Assembly: GCA_965116885.1 (NCBI GenBank)
Contig: OZ220741.1
Coordinates: 3,296,001-3,360,000, forward strand
Reading direction: 5' to 3'
DNA from: Candidatus Latescibacterota bacterium
GTDB lineage: Bacteria > Latescibacterota > UBA2968
Length of the DNA stretch: 64,000 nt
Numbering within the stretch: position 1 is the first letter of the stretch; each line of letters opens with the position of its first letter. The notes under the pieces are model-generated. The model searched no databases and had not been told where the DNA came from. It saw only the letters and a list, made by a program, of their open reading frames with translations. Positions 48,450 through 58,761 of this stretch are shown here, in pieces. Both the position numbers and the translations under genes were made by a program.

Positions 48450-49718
48450 TCACAGACCAATCTTGACGCCGGCAAAACGATGTGATTTTACGATGAGTGT
48501 TCCCGTGCTGATTCCAAAGCTGATATCTACGCGGTTAAAGAGCAGCATGCCCACGCCAAAGGCAAAGTCGGCATCTCGCCGATCTTTGTCGTTTACAGAG
48601 CGATATACACCGCCACTTTCGGCAAAGGCATATACTCGCCCCAGGGTTTTGAGATCGATGGCATATAGGGCTTCAGCCGCAAAAAATAGGGTGCCACCTT
48701 CTGGCCCTATAACGCGGCGTTCTATGCCTCTGAGTTGATTGTTCCCATCGAGGTAAAAGCGTTCGTAAAAGGGTGAATTTCCCCAGACACCCCCTGTTTT
48801 GAAGCCGAGCGAGAGGATGTGTCCAGAGATAACTTGCTGGTGCCGATAGAGTTCCGTGCGAAGTTTGATGTAATTTGATACCGATCCCAGAAGTTTGGAT
48901 GACAGTATGAGTCGGGCGTTAAAATCCGTACCTTGCCCCCAGATCGCGCTCACGGGTTGTTTGAATAAGTTAAAAGAAAGTGTGGATAGATTTTCCCGCC
49001 CTACGGCAGCTTTAATTTCATTGGCGAAGACGCCACCGCCCGTGGGGATGGTGGGGTGTTGAAAATCGCCGATTTGTATGGCTTCAAAAGCGTATTTTAA
49101 GACGAAATGGTAGGCGCGCAAAGGAGAGGGCTGACCAATACCCATAGCAAATCCGATGCGTTCGAGATCGTAGCGTCCCCTGATATCGGGGTTTCGATCG
49201 CGAAAGATGTCGCGGTCTGCCGAAGATCCCGTTACCTGAATGTGAAATGCCTGATTGGTTTTGAGAAAAAGCGGATCGCTGTAGTGAAAGCCCCAATATT
49301 TGAAGCGTTCTCCCAAGCCGTATTCTACGCCGACTAATTTTCCCTCGCCACGCAGATTGGCATAATGGGCATTTGTGGACGCGCCAAAGCCATCGAGTTC
49401 GGAATATTCAAAACTCAAACCCAGGTCGCCAAAGCGTTTTTCTTTTACATAGACTACGAGAATGGCTTTGCCTTTTTCTGCACCGGGTTTAACATTGACA
49501 AATGCAGTTCGGAAAAGCAGCAGACGCTCGAGGACCACGCGGCAGCGGTCGATATCCCCTTCGCGCAGGTTATCCCCTACTTTTACGGGCAAGACCTGGC
49601 GAATGATTTCAGCACGGGTTTTTTCATTCCCGCGCACTTCAATATTTTCTATTTTATGCCCAATTTGCCCCAGGGCAGGGGTGGCAAACAGGCAGAGCAA
49701 GATGAGGTATTTGTACAT
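48450..49718 (-). CDS. Omp85/BamA-TamA family outer membrane protein with a single POTRA
   Basis: Signal peptide, IEVRGNEKTR POTRA motif, NLRGEG, ERFYLDG..QLRG. Confidence 0.8.
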   Translation of the reverse strand: MYKYLILLCLFATPALGQIGHKIENIEVRGNEKTRAEIIRQVLPVKVGDNLREGDIDRCRVVLERLLLFRTAFVNVKPGAEKGKAILVVYVKEKRFGDLGLSFEYSELDGFGASTNAHYANLRGEGKLVGVEYGLGERFKYWGFHYSDPLFLKTNQAFHIQVTGSSADRDIFRDRNPDIRGRYDLERIGFAMGIGQPSPLRAYHFVLKYAFEAIQIGDFQHPTIPTGGGVFANEIKAAVGRENLSTLSFNLFKQPVSAIWGQGTDFNARLILSSKLLGSVSNYIKLRTELYRHQQVISGHILSLGFKTGGVWGNSPFYERFYLDGNNQLRGIERRVIGPEGGTLFFAAEALYAIDLKTLGRVYAFAESGGVYRSVNDKDRRDADFAFGVGMLLFNRVDISFGISTGTLIVKSHRFAGVKIGL

Positions 49719-49760
49719 GGTGGCAGCACTCTTGTAGTTTTTGAATTTTTAGATACAATT

Positions 49761-49777
49761 ATGCAAAATCCGTGCCC
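49761..49777 (-). promoter_or_regulatory. Sigma54 -24/-12 promoter
   Basis: Minus strand GGGCACGGATTTTGCAT (GG-N10-GC), about 45 bp before the Omp85 start. Confidence 0.75.
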
Positions 49778-49934
49778 GTGTCTTGTGGTCTTTTTCAGAT
49801 AAAAATAAAATTTGAAAAAATAAGAAGTTGTGTGTATATCTAATGTCTGAATCCCGGTATGCATTGTGTGAAACAATACGACATGTGTATCTTTTTTGCA
49901 ACAGGATTGCAGAATAATATTCTGGAGGGCGTAA

Positions 49935-50783
49935 ATGATGTCGGTTTCTCATATTCTCGAAAAACTCAAACGCGATGGGTTTTACGTGGTTGAAAACGTG
50001 ATTCCCGAAGATGAGGTGGGTGCCGTGCGGCAAGCCATAGTGGCAGCACAGGCGCGAAAACACGCGGAGTCAGAGGCGGCACTGGCCGCAACCCGGGCGA
50101 AGGGACATCGCGTTGGTGCAGAGGGGGTGGCGAGTTTGCGGCAGGTGATTAATGAAACGCAGATTTTTGCACCTTATCTGGCAAGTCGCAAGATGATAGA
50201 TGTGGTGGATGCGCTGTTTGGACCTTATACGCGCATTTCTTGCACCGATTGTGTGATTAATTATCCGGGCAATGAAAGGGGATACTGGCACGCGGATTGG
50301 CCGTATAATGCGACCAATGCGTCACATGTTCCCGCGCCGTATCCCGATGCGTTATTGCATTTGTCGTCAATCTGGATGTTGACAGCGTTTAATGAGAAAA
50401 ATGGCGGGACATTTCTCGTGCCGGGCAGTCATCGATGGCTCGATAACCCGGCCGCAGGTGGGATGGACGATGTGGATCAGGACGCGCCGTATCCCTCCGA
50501 GATGCAGGTGAAGGGCGCAGCGGGCAGTGTGCTGATTTACGACAGTCGATTGTGGCATGCTGTGGCATCAAATCAGAGTGACCAACCGCGCGTGGCTTTG
50601 ATTGTGCGCTATGCCCCGTGGTGGTTGAATTTGAATCCGTCGCATATTGGCAAACCCGAACACGCGATGATGGTGGTGGAGACAGGTGGCAAGAATTACG
50701 AATCTATGCCATTGCAAAAGGAGGTTTATGACGGGTTGCCGGAAGATGTGAAGCCTTTGTACCGCCATTGGGTCGAACAATAG
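49935..50783 (+). CDS. PhyH-family Fe/2OG oxygenase
   Basis: RDGFYVV, WHADW, NGGTFLVPGSH, DSRLWHA..N.S..PR. Confidence 0.92.
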   Translation: MMSVSHILEKLKRDGFYVVENVIPEDEVGAVRQAIVAAQARKHAESEAALAATRAKGHRVGAEGVASLRQVINETQIFAPYLASRKMIDVVDALFGPYTRISCTDCVINYPGNERGYWHADWPYNATNASHVPAPYPDALLHLSSIWMLTAFNEKNGGTFLVPGSHRWLDNPAAGGMDDVDQDAPYPSEMQVKGAAGSVLIYDSRLWHAVASNQSDQPRVALIVRYAPWWLNLNPSHIGKPEHAMMVVETGGKNYESMPLQKEVYDGLPEDVKPLYRHWVEQ

Positions 50784-50796
50784 ATGGAGGTGCGAT

Positions 50797-51630
50797 ATGA
50801 CCCCAGAGCAAAAGTATTTCTTCGATTTGACGGGATATTTGCACTTAGAGGGCGTGGTGACAGGAGATGCGTTGGCACAGGCGCAAGCAGCGGCTGATCG
50901 GTATATGCAAGCGTCAGATGAAGATTTGCCGCCGGGTTTTCACGTAGATCGTTTGCGAAATCATTTTATCTGGCACTTTTACGGTTTTGCCTTTGACCGC
51001 GCACTGGAGGCTTTGACGCGACATCCCAAAGTGTGGCCGATTGTGAAGGCGCTGATGAATGATCGCCCGCGTTTGACGAGTGGCAATTTGATGGTGAATA
51101 ATCACACGCACGAATTTCATCCCCTGCATTCGGCGCGGGAGAGTCCCAACAAAGGACCTGAAGCACCGTATTATCTGGCTCGAGACGGAAAATGTCTGTG
51201 CGATCATCTGGTGGTGTTTTTTTATTTGACGGATGTATATGAAGATGATGGTGGTTTGATTATTTTGCCGGGTTCACACAAGAGCGCGTTTGAGCGGCCA
51301 GAGGGGTTCTTTTATCCGGGCAGCCGGACGCCCGAAGGTGGGTATAATCCGGATTATGTTTCCTATGATGTTCCGCCAGGGGTATTAAATGTGATTCCCA
51401 AAGCGGGCGATGTGGTGATGATTTCGGAGATGGTGACGCATGGTGCGCTGAGTTGGAAGCCGAGGGACCGAGACCGAAGATTTTTGACACTGCGATACAT
51501 GCCGCAGTTTGTGATGCCGATAAATGAATTTCCCAATGAAGTTGTCGAGCGGTTGTTGCCCGAGACACAGGAGCTAATTGCAACAGCATCCTATTCGCAG
51601 ATTAAGAAAATCGTACAAACTGAAAATTAA
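50797..51630 (+). CDS. PhyH-family Fe/2OG oxygenase, LHSA variant
   Basis: QKYFFDLTGYL, LHSAR, DGGLIILPGSHK, KAGDVVMISEMVTHG. Confidence 0.88.
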   Translation: MTPEQKYFFDLTGYLHLEGVVTGDALAQAQAAADRYMQASDEDLPPGFHVDRLRNHFIWHFYGFAFDRALEALTRHPKVWPIVKALMNDRPRLTSGNLMVNNHTHEFHPLHSARESPNKGPEAPYYLARDGKCLCDHLVVFFYLTDVYEDDGGLIILPGSHKSAFERPEGFFYPGSRTPEGGYNPDYVSYDVPPGVLNVIPKAGDVVMISEMVTHGALSWKPRDRDRRFLTLRYMPQFVMPINEFPNEVVERLLPETQELIATASYSQIKKIVQTEN

Positions 51631-51641
51631 AGGAGCAAATC

Positions 51642-52964
51642 ATGTCAGATTTACTGCTTGAGTCTATTGAACCCTGGGCGCCGCATCCGGCCGCTGCGCC
51701 GTTGACAGAACGCAGTGGGGATACGCTGGCAATCGCCGCAAATGGGACGCGCACCTGTATTGGCGGATGGCAGATCGCGTATTCGGGGGTTGAGGCTGGC
51801 AAAATATATGAGATCGTTGCTCAGACGCAGTTTCAAGATGTGGATACGGCACGCGATGTGTTGCGCTGTGAGGCGTATTGGGGTCCCCTGGATCGGGACA
51901 GTGGGCGGCGTGGCGAAGTTCTGTGCTGGGATTATCTCCTTCCCGAATGGAATGGGGATACGGTGCAATTTTCACGGCGTCTCATTGCACCGAAAGATGC
52001 CGAACATTTGACCGTGCGCTATACGTTTCGCTGGTCGGTTGTGGGATCCTCCGAGTGGCAATTGCCCAGAGTGATCGCGACAGAAGTGGGAGAATCATAC
52101 AAACCCGTGAAAATTTGTGTGGCAACGGGACGGCGCGAAGACCGCAACCGACGGTTTGAGTCGATTCAGGACAATGTCGATCTTTATTTGCCTTTGTGCC
52201 GGGAGATATGTGAAAAAGAAAAACCCGATTTGATTGTGTTGCCCGAGATCGCATTGCAATACGGAGTTAAAGGAAGTCCACTGGAATTGGCAGTGCCCGT
52301 GCCGGGACCCGAGGCGGAGCCGTTTGCGGATGTTGCGCGCGATTATGGCGTATATGTGCTGTTGGGTGTGATTGAACGAGATGGTGATGCCGTTCACAAT
52401 ACAGCCGTGTTGTTCGCGCCCGATGGTGGCGTGGATGGCAAATATCGCAAGGTGCATCTGGCGGTGGGTGGCGAGATGGATTCGGGTATTTTGCCGGGTG
52501 ATGATTTTCCTGTATTTGATACGGAGATCGGACGGATTGGGTGCAATATTTGTATGGATTCTTCGGCGGCTGAGTCTTCGCGGATGATCGGGTTAAATGG
52601 CGCGGATTTTTTGTTGTTGCCCATTATGGGAGACCACCGTGCGTGGCATCCAGAAGATCATACGTGGGATCCCGAGCGCTTTCGCGGGATTATGCAGACG
52701 CGGGCACTGGACAATCAGTTGTGTATGGTGGTGGCGGTGAATCGCGCGGAGGGCAGTTGTATTATTGATCGCACCGGGCATGTGCTGGCATGGAATGATG
52801 GCAGTGAACCGTTTGTGACCGCTGAGGTGAATCTCGTAGATGGATTCAGGCCAAAGAGTCGCGGGTGCTTTCGCGGGATTAACTGGATGCAGCGACGACC
52901 ACATACCTATCGCGCTTTTGTCGATGAAAAGAATGCGGGGACCTTGAAGGCTGAGGCGTATTGA
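51642..52964 (+). CDS. Carbon-nitrogen hydrolase (nitrilase family) with N-terminal extension
   Basis: VLPE, YRKVHL, ICMD (E-K-C triad). Confidence 0.9.
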   Translation: MSDLLLESIEPWAPHPAAAPLTERSGDTLAIAANGTRTCIGGWQIAYSGVEAGKIYEIVAQTQFQDVDTARDVLRCEAYWGPLDRDSGRRGEVLCWDYLLPEWNGDTVQFSRRLIAPKDAEHLTVRYTFRWSVVGSSEWQLPRVIATEVGESYKPVKICVATGRREDRNRRFESIQDNVDLYLPLCREICEKEKPDLIVLPEIALQYGVKGSPLELAVPVPGPEAEPFADVARDYGVYVLLGVIERDGDAVHNTAVLFAPDGGVDGKYRKVHLAVGGEMDSGILPGDDFPVFDTEIGRIGCNICMDSSAAESSRMIGLNGADFLLLPIMGDHRAWHPEDHTWDPERFRGIMQTRALDNQLCMVVAVNRAEGSCIIDRTGHVLAWNDGSEPFVTAEVNLVDGFRPKSRGCFRGINWMQRRPHTYRAFVDEKNAGTLKAEAY

Positions 52965-52967
52965 GAA

Positions 52968-54515
52968 TTATATGCCGAGCGCGATTTGTTCGCATTCGGC
53001 ATATTTTTTGACCAGTTCGTCATACACTGCGGTGTTGGTGGGCTTGACGGCGGAGCCGGATATGGGTTCAGCGATGTCCTTGCTGATGTCTTCCCAGGTG
53101 GCGTTGAGGTGCGCGTGCGCTGCGCGGAGTGCCGCGCCGAGGGCTGCGCTGTTGGTGACTTCAAATTGGTGAACGGGGCAGTTTTGCACGTCGGCCATGA
53201 TTTGAAGAATTTCGGGATTGACCGAGGCACCGCCTGTGACGTAGATGGCTAAGGGACGCACGCCCATCCATTCTGAGTGAATGCGCATGGACATCATTTG
53301 CGCCTCGACAACCGCGCGGCAATTGCCAGCGGCGTCCTGTTCGTCGAGGTCAAAGCGGTGTACGCCGGGTTTGAGTACATTGGGCACGATTTCGGGTTCA
53401 AAATAGGGAAGCATGATTTTGCCATTATTGCCCGGGGGGGTGGATTGGAGTGCATGGGAAAAACCGTTCCAGTCCAGACCATGAGCTTTGCGAACGGCTT
53501 CGCGGGCGAGGGAGCCGTTTTTGAAACATATAAGGGTCATGTAGTCGCCAGTGGGCGAGACGAAGACGTGACCTTCGCCGCGCGGATCGGTCTGGCAATT
53601 TTTCATTGTGCCAAAGTAGGTGTCGCTGGTGCCGAGTGAGATGGCGACAAGGCCCTCTCGGATGAGACCGAGGCCGATGACGCTGTTGGGATTGTCACCT
53701 GACCAGACGAGCGCCTGTGCATTGGGATTGACGCCGTATTTATCGACAAAGTAGGGGTTTACAGTGCCGATAATCGCGCGGGATTCTGTGAGGGGGGGCA
53801 GACGATGGGATAGATCAGGGGCTGTGGCGTCGAGCGCAGAAGAATGCCAGGTTCGGGTCTGAATGTCCATCAAATTCATGCCCGCGCCATCGCCGTGATC
53901 GATGGAGGCAATTTTGCCCGCAATTAGAGAGGCCATGAAGGAAGAGACGAGCATGATGTGTGCGGTGTTGTTATAAGCATCGGGTTGTGTTTTGTAGAAT
54001 TTGCGTATCTGTGGTCCCGTGAAGCGCTCAAAGGTGGTGGATCCCGTGGCGCTGGCTGTGGCTTGGAGACCGCCGAGGGCGTCGCAGATTTCATCGCATT
54101 CGGCGCGGGTAGAGGAATCCATCCAGATGGGAGATGTGTCGCGAGAGAATATACCGCCGAGGTTTTCTACGAGGGATTTTGAGGGATTGAGATTGGATAA
54201 TATATCCGCATTTTTGAGATAGACAGAGCCGTGTTGCTGCCCCGAGCCAGAGATGGCCTGGATATTGCCGAGGGTTATGCCCTCGGTTTTCATTTTGTCA
54301 AAAAGCACATCGAGGGCTTCGGCCCACATGAGAGGTGGCGAGTGAACAATTTTGGGGTCGGGATGGTCGAGAACGCCATTTTGAGTGCCATAGTGCGGTA
54401 GCGTTTCGTCGTAGTTCAGTGAAACGTCGTACACGACTTTGCGGGTGCTCATGTCTATGATGATGGCACTCAAGCTCTGCGTGCTGGCGTCAAGCCCGAG
54501 ATACAGGTCGCTCAT
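52968..54515 (-). CDS. xylB: Xylulokinase (FGGY family, eukaryote-like XYLB type)
   Basis: LGLDASTQS, SGSGQQHGSVY, SPIWMDSST, ERFTGPQIRK, GDNPNS, SLGTSDT, CFKNGSLARE. Confidence 0.9.
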   Translation of the reverse strand: MSDLYLGLDASTQSLSAIIIDMSTRKVVYDVSLNYDETLPHYGTQNGVLDHPDPKIVHSPPLMWAEALDVLFDKMKTEGITLGNIQAISGSGQQHGSVYLKNADILSNLNPSKSLVENLGGIFSRDTSPIWMDSSTRAECDEICDALGGLQATASATGSTTFERFTGPQIRKFYKTQPDAYNNTAHIMLVSSFMASLIAGKIASIDHGDGAGMNLMDIQTRTWHSSALDATAPDLSHRLPPLTESRAIIGTVNPYFVDKYGVNPNAQALVWSGDNPNSVIGLGLIREGLVAISLGTSDTYFGTMKNCQTDPRGEGHVFVSPTGDYMTLICFKNGSLAREAVRKAHGLDWNGFSHALQSTPPGNNGKIMLPYFEPEIVPNVLKPGVHRFDLDEQDAAGNCRAVVEAQMMSMRIHSEWMGVRPLAIYVTGGASVNPEILQIMADVQNCPVHQFEVTNSAALGAALRAAHAHLNATWEDISKDIAEPISGSAVKPTNTAVYDELVKKYAECEQIALGI

Positions 54516-54588
54516 GGATACTCCTCAGGATTTATAAATAACGCAAAAACCATCTTTTTGATATTGTTTCGAAAGGGTCATGATATCC

Positions 54589-55200
54589 TCACGCTACAGG
54601 TCGCCGCGATACTTGCAAAAATCGCACAGCGCGCTGTCCCAGCCGTTTTAACAGGTCCAGATCTTGCCGCGCTTTGGCCAGTATCAAAATGCCTTCGTAA
54701 TACGCCCACAATGCCAGAGCTGTTTCCCGCGTGTCCATGGGGGATAGATCACTGGCTTCTACTGCTTCGTCAAGTGTTCTTTGTAATCGACCGATTACAT
54801 CTTCAAAAATGCGGTCAATTTTATGGCGGACCAGCGGCTCGTGCGCGCTCATCTCCACGGCGAGGTTGCCAAACGGACATCCACAAAGCTGTTTGTGCTG
54901 CTCGTAAAATTGGCAATTTTGCTCATAGACCAGTTCAAAAAAACGCGAAATTCGCTCCAGAGGCGGTCGTTCTGATGAAAAAGCCCGCTCCCATGCGGTT
55001 TCTCGTGTAATCTCCCACCATCGATCTAATGAAGCGAGTACCAGGTCTTGCTTGGTCTCAAAAAAGTGGTAAAAACTCCCTTTTTTCACCGCGGCAGCTT
55101 TGCACAATTCCTGCACACCCACGTCGGTATAACTGCGCGTAAAAAACAAATCCATCGCAGCCTGTATCAACCGCTCTTTTGCATCGCTCGTGCGTCCCAT
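54589..55200 (-). CDS. TetR/AcrR family regulator (NemR/LmrA-like)
   Basis: N-terminal HTH KGSFYHFF.TK; GCPFGNLAVE. Confidence 0.92.
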   Translation of the reverse strand: MGRTSDAKERLIQAAMDLFFTRSYTDVGVQELCKAAAVKKGSFYHFFETKQDLVLASLDRWWEITRETAWERAFSSERPPLERISRFFELVYEQNCQFYEQHKQLCGCPFGNLAVEMSAHEPLVRHKIDRIFEDVIGRLQRTLDEAVEASDLSPMDTRETALALWAYYEGILILAKARQDLDLLKRLGQRAVRFLQVSRRPVA

Positions 55201-55210
55201 GATATGCCTT

Positions 55211-55651
55211 TTACGATAGATTTGACAAGTCTGCTATGTCCTGAGGTCGCCCAGTCGCTTTTTTGTTTTGCTTTAAATTTTGTAAGTCAATAACATGGGC
55301 TATCATTTCATTAATTTCGATATCAACTCTGGTCTCATAACACGAATCAAATGTCACACCTTTCAAACCAGTGAAAAGATCAATGCGGTTGGGAGGCAGC
55401 CCCAGTTGGATCATATCTTCGGGGTCTTCAAAATCTTCGGCCTTCAAACCGAGCGATCCAAAGCTGAATTGCTTGAGTGTTTCGAGCAATTTCTCTATAT
55501 TCTCAACCGCGGGATCTATCCAAATATCCAGATCTTTGGTATAACGCGGATGACCGTGAAATGCGACGGCATATCCACCGACAATGAGATATCGAACGTT
55601 ATTTTCGTTTAACAACGCGATAAACTCTTTGAAATCCTGGGTCAGTGCCAT
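55211..55651 (-). CDS. Nucleotidyltransferase (Pol-beta superfamily)
   Basis: YLIVGGYAVAFHGHPRYTKDLDIW, NKKATGRPQD. Confidence 0.85.
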   Translation of the reverse strand: MALTQDFKEFIALLNENNVRYLIVGGYAVAFHGHPRYTKDLDIWIDPAVENIEKLLETLKQFSFGSLGLKAEDFEDPEDMIQLGLPPNRIDLFTGLKGVTFDSCYETRVDIEINEMIAHVIDLQNLKQNKKATGRPQDIADLSNLS

Positions 55652-55799
55652 ATTTCCAACTGTTGTATTCTCGTCTTATCTCTTCTAAGGCCTCTATACG
55701 AGCCTGATAAGACTGGGTTTGCCAGAAGGCGAAATCGCTCTTTTGAGCGCCAACTTTACATTTCGTTACAACTTTTTGTATTTTTTTTGTCGTTTCCAT
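55599..55799 (-). CDS. Small protein coupled to the nucleotidyltransferase (possible antitoxin)
   Basis: 66 aa, DFAFWQTQSYQARIEALEEIR...FQRVYRVVKR; 53-bp overlap with the downstream gene. Confidence 0.6.
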   Translation of the reverse strand: METTKKIQKVVTKCKVGAQKSDFAFWQTQSYQARIEALEEIRREYNSWKYGTDPGFQRVYRVVKRK

Positions 55800-55847
55800 A
55801 GGCTAAATATAGTCTATCTAAACCGACTTTTCAACAAGGAGCTTCAC

Positions 55848-56477
55848 ATGCGCGTCATCGCAATTGGCACGGAATACACGGGCAAAACCACGCTGGTTCA
55901 AGCTATTCAAAAATGGGGCATGGAGCGCGGTATTCGCCATCACATGGACGATCATTTTTCCGTTCCCGATCAGCAAACCCTTACAAATCCCGCAGATCAA
56001 AAGGCTATGAACGAGGTGCCATCGCCCATCAAAGAGCGTTTTCAGCGTTTTCAGATCGCCTATCACGTGCGTCTGGTACACAATTACCAGCACGTCTTGC
56101 TCACGGGTTTCCACATTGAGGAAATGGTGTACGGTCAACGCTATTACTATCCCGATCTTGCACGCCCGGTCGAAAATCCCCAGGCATGGGAAAAAGACAT
56201 GCCCAAAGATATTATTCTGGTGCATCTCACAGCCAGCCCCGAGGTCATCAAACAGCGTATGAAAGACGATCCACACGATTTTCCCATTGTGCCCGAATCG
56301 GATATCGAAGAGGTCCAGGAGGCATTTCACGAAGAATTTCGCAAATCATTTTTTAAACAAAAATTTCAGATCGATACATCAAACCTGAATGCAGATACAC
56401 TTCTCAAAGCCTTTCTCGACGAATCGTTTCCCTACCTCACCGCCGCTGATCACGCCATTCGGTTGGCGAGACCGTAG
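55848..56477 (+). CDS. P-loop NMP-kinase-like protein
   Basis: MRVIAIGTEYTGKTTL, LVHLTASPEVIKQRM; ATG after AAGGAG. Confidence 0.7.
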   Translation: MRVIAIGTEYTGKTTLVQAIQKWGMERGIRHHMDDHFSVPDQQTLTNPADQKAMNEVPSPIKERFQRFQIAYHVRLVHNYQHVLLTGFHIEEMVYGQRYYYPDLARPVENPQAWEKDMPKDIILVHLTASPEVIKQRMKDDPHDFPIVPESDIEEVQEAFHEEFRKSFFKQKFQIDTSNLNADTLLKAFLDESFPYLTAADHAIRLARP

Positions 56478-56584
56478 TTAAAGATGAAGAGCAGGAGGCT
56501 GATTCCCACCTCCTGCCAGTCCCATCCCTTTGCGTCTTTGTGTCTTTGTGTGAGTAATTTACGCCACTCTCCGAGGTAATCATA

Positions 56585-57985
56585 TTGCCATTCCCACCTT
56601 CTAATACACGCCTCGCGTTCGACGATGGCACGCTCGTTCTTCTGGATCCGCCAGCGGACTATGAACCGCCATCTCCATTTGTATGGGATAGCCGCGTGGG
56701 ACGCTGGCGTGCTCAGGCGCATCGGTATCGCGATGTTGTCGAGGCATTACAGGCTCAGGATGTTGGCATAAAAAATGTGGTTCCACGCTATAATCGCCTC
56801 AAGCTCAATTTCACCAGTGAACACACCCCACATCCGCATCAGGCCGAAGCCTTTGATGCCTGGGGGTCAAATCAATATCGCGGCGTGGTTGTTCTGCCCA
56901 CGGGGTCGGGCAAGTCGCTTCTGGCGCTGATGGGTATTGCGGAAGTTGCCCGCAGTACGCTTGTTGTTGCGCCTACGATTGATCTTATGAATCAGTGGTA
57001 CGACTTGCTCAAAGACGCCTTTTCATGCGATATCGGCATTCTGGGCGGTGGCTATCACGAGCTTGAAGATCTCACTGTAACGACCTACGACAGTGCGTAT
57101 ATGCACATGGACCGCTACGGCAATCGCTTTGGTTTTCTCGTTTTTGACGAAGTCCATCACCTGCCCGGCGAATCCTATTCTCACGGTGCAGAACTTTCTA
57201 TTGCGCCCTATCGCCTGGGGCTTACAGCTACGCTCGAACGTCCCGATGGTCGCCATCTCATGCTGCGCGATCTCGTGGGTCCAACCGTTTATGAAAAGGG
57301 TATCCGCGACCTGTCTGGCGATTATCTCTCTGAGTATAATACAGAGCGTATAGAAGTCGATATGGTGGCCGAAGAGCGCGCCGAATACGAAGCCGCGCGT
57401 TCGCAATTCAGCGCTTTTCTGGAGTCCAAGAATTTGCGGTTGGGTAGTGCCTCTGGATGGCAAAATTTCGTGCGCCTTTCGGCGCGTTCCAGCGATGGCC
57501 GAAGGGCGATGCTCGCCTATCGCCGCTATCGAAAAGTCGCTCTGGGTACGACCGCTAAGTTGCGTGTGCTGGAAGATCTGCTGAAAAAACACCCGCGCGA
57601 CCGCATGCTCATTTTTACCAATGATAACGAAACTGTTTATAATATTTCAGAGCAATTTCTCATTCCCGCCATTACGCATCAGACCCGCACAAAGGAGCGC
57701 AGGGAAATTCTCAAAGCTTTTAATGAGGGGGATATTCTCGCACTTGTCACCTCTCGCGTGCTCAACGAAGGGGTCAATGTACCCGAGGCCAATGTCGCGG
57801 TTGTGCTTTCGGGGACGAGTACTATCCGCGAGCACGTCCAGCGATTGGGGCGCATTTTGCGCCGCCGCGAAGGCAAACACGCCATTCTCTACGAAGTGAT
57901 CTCTCGCAATACGGTTGAAGACCGAATTTCTCGCCGCCGCAGACAACACGACGCGTACGATGGGAAGCAACAACAAATGTTTTAG
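56585..57985 (+). CDS. XPB/Rad25-like SF2 helicase
   Basis: LPTGSGKS, DEVHH, LGLTAT, LNEGVNVP, QRLGRILR; N-terminal WDSRVGRWRA.A..Y. Confidence 0.92.
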   Translation: MPFPPSNTRLAFDDGTLVLLDPPADYEPPSPFVWDSRVGRWRAQAHRYRDVVEALQAQDVGIKNVVPRYNRLKLNFTSEHTPHPHQAEAFDAWGSNQYRGVVVLPTGSGKSLLALMGIAEVARSTLVVAPTIDLMNQWYDLLKDAFSCDIGILGGGYHELEDLTVTTYDSAYMHMDRYGNRFGFLVFDEVHHLPGESYSHGAELSIAPYRLGLTATLERPDGRHLMLRDLVGPTVYEKGIRDLSGDYLSEYNTERIEVDMVAEERAEYEAARSQFSAFLESKNLRLGSASGWQNFVRLSARSSDGRRAMLAYRRYRKVALGTTAKLRVLEDLLKKHPRDRMLIFTNDNETVYNISEQFLIPAITHQTRTKERREILKAFNEGDILALVTSRVLNEGVNVPEANVAVVLSGTSTIREHVQRLGRILRRREGKHAILYEVISRNTVEDRISRRRRQHDAYDGKQQQMF

Positions 57986-57996
57986 AAGGAGACGCT

Positions 57997-58614
57997 GTGC
58001 ATATCGAAGATCTCTTTACCCCGGCCCAACGAGTGCTTATCGATCACCTTCACAGCCGCGACCAGGAGGAGCGCCAGGCTGGCTCTACCGATCCGCTACG
58101 CCTCAAGGCTGCCAGTCCAGAGGTGGCACAGTACCTGTGTCTTACCGCGGTTCACCAACGGGCGAGGACACTGGTCGAATTTGGCACGTCGCACGGCTAT
58201 TCCACTTTGCATCTGGCTGCGGCAGCCCAGCACACGGGAGGCCGCGTTTTTACCCTGGATCAGATGCCCGAGAAAACCGCGGCGGCTCAGGGAAATTTGC
58301 GAGCCGCTGGTCTGGATCATCTGGTGGAATGCCATACGAGTACCGGTGATGCCTTTATCACGGCTCTTCCCGATTGCGTGGATTTCGTTTTTGTTGATTT
58401 TGGTCTGCACGCTTTCGCGCAGATGTTCGATATACTGGAAAGCCGTCTGACACCAGGGGCTTTCCTTTTTGTCGATGGCTGGTCTGCGGTCGAACAATGG
58501 TACATGGATCCGGATTGGTCCGCTTTTAAGAGCCGCCTGGATGAGGATTCCAATTATCTGACGTGTATCCTGCCCCTGCAAAAGTCGCACCTTATCGCGA
58601 TTAAGCTGTCCTAA
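57997..58614 (+). CDS. O-methyltransferase family protein
   Basis: VEFGTSHGYST, NLRAAGL, DFVFVD. Confidence 0.85.
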   Translation: MHIEDLFTPAQRVLIDHLHSRDQEERQAGSTDPLRLKAASPEVAQYLCLTAVHQRARTLVEFGTSHGYSTLHLAAAAQHTGGRVFTLDQMPEKTAAAQGNLRAAGLDHLVECHTSTGDAFITALPDCVDFVFVDFGLHAFAQMFDILESRLTPGAFLFVDGWSAVEQWYMDPDWSAFKSRLDEDSNYLTCILPLQKSHLIAIKLS

Positions 58615-58761
58615 AAAAAAGTCAAAAAGGTCTGGTTCCGAACGAGAGATATTTTGAAATGCGGTTGACAAAATGGCGTTGTTGCTACACTTTTTGTTTG
58701 TTAGGATAATTGAATCCGCATATGGCAACATCATAAACAAATTCAAATAGAAAGGCATACC

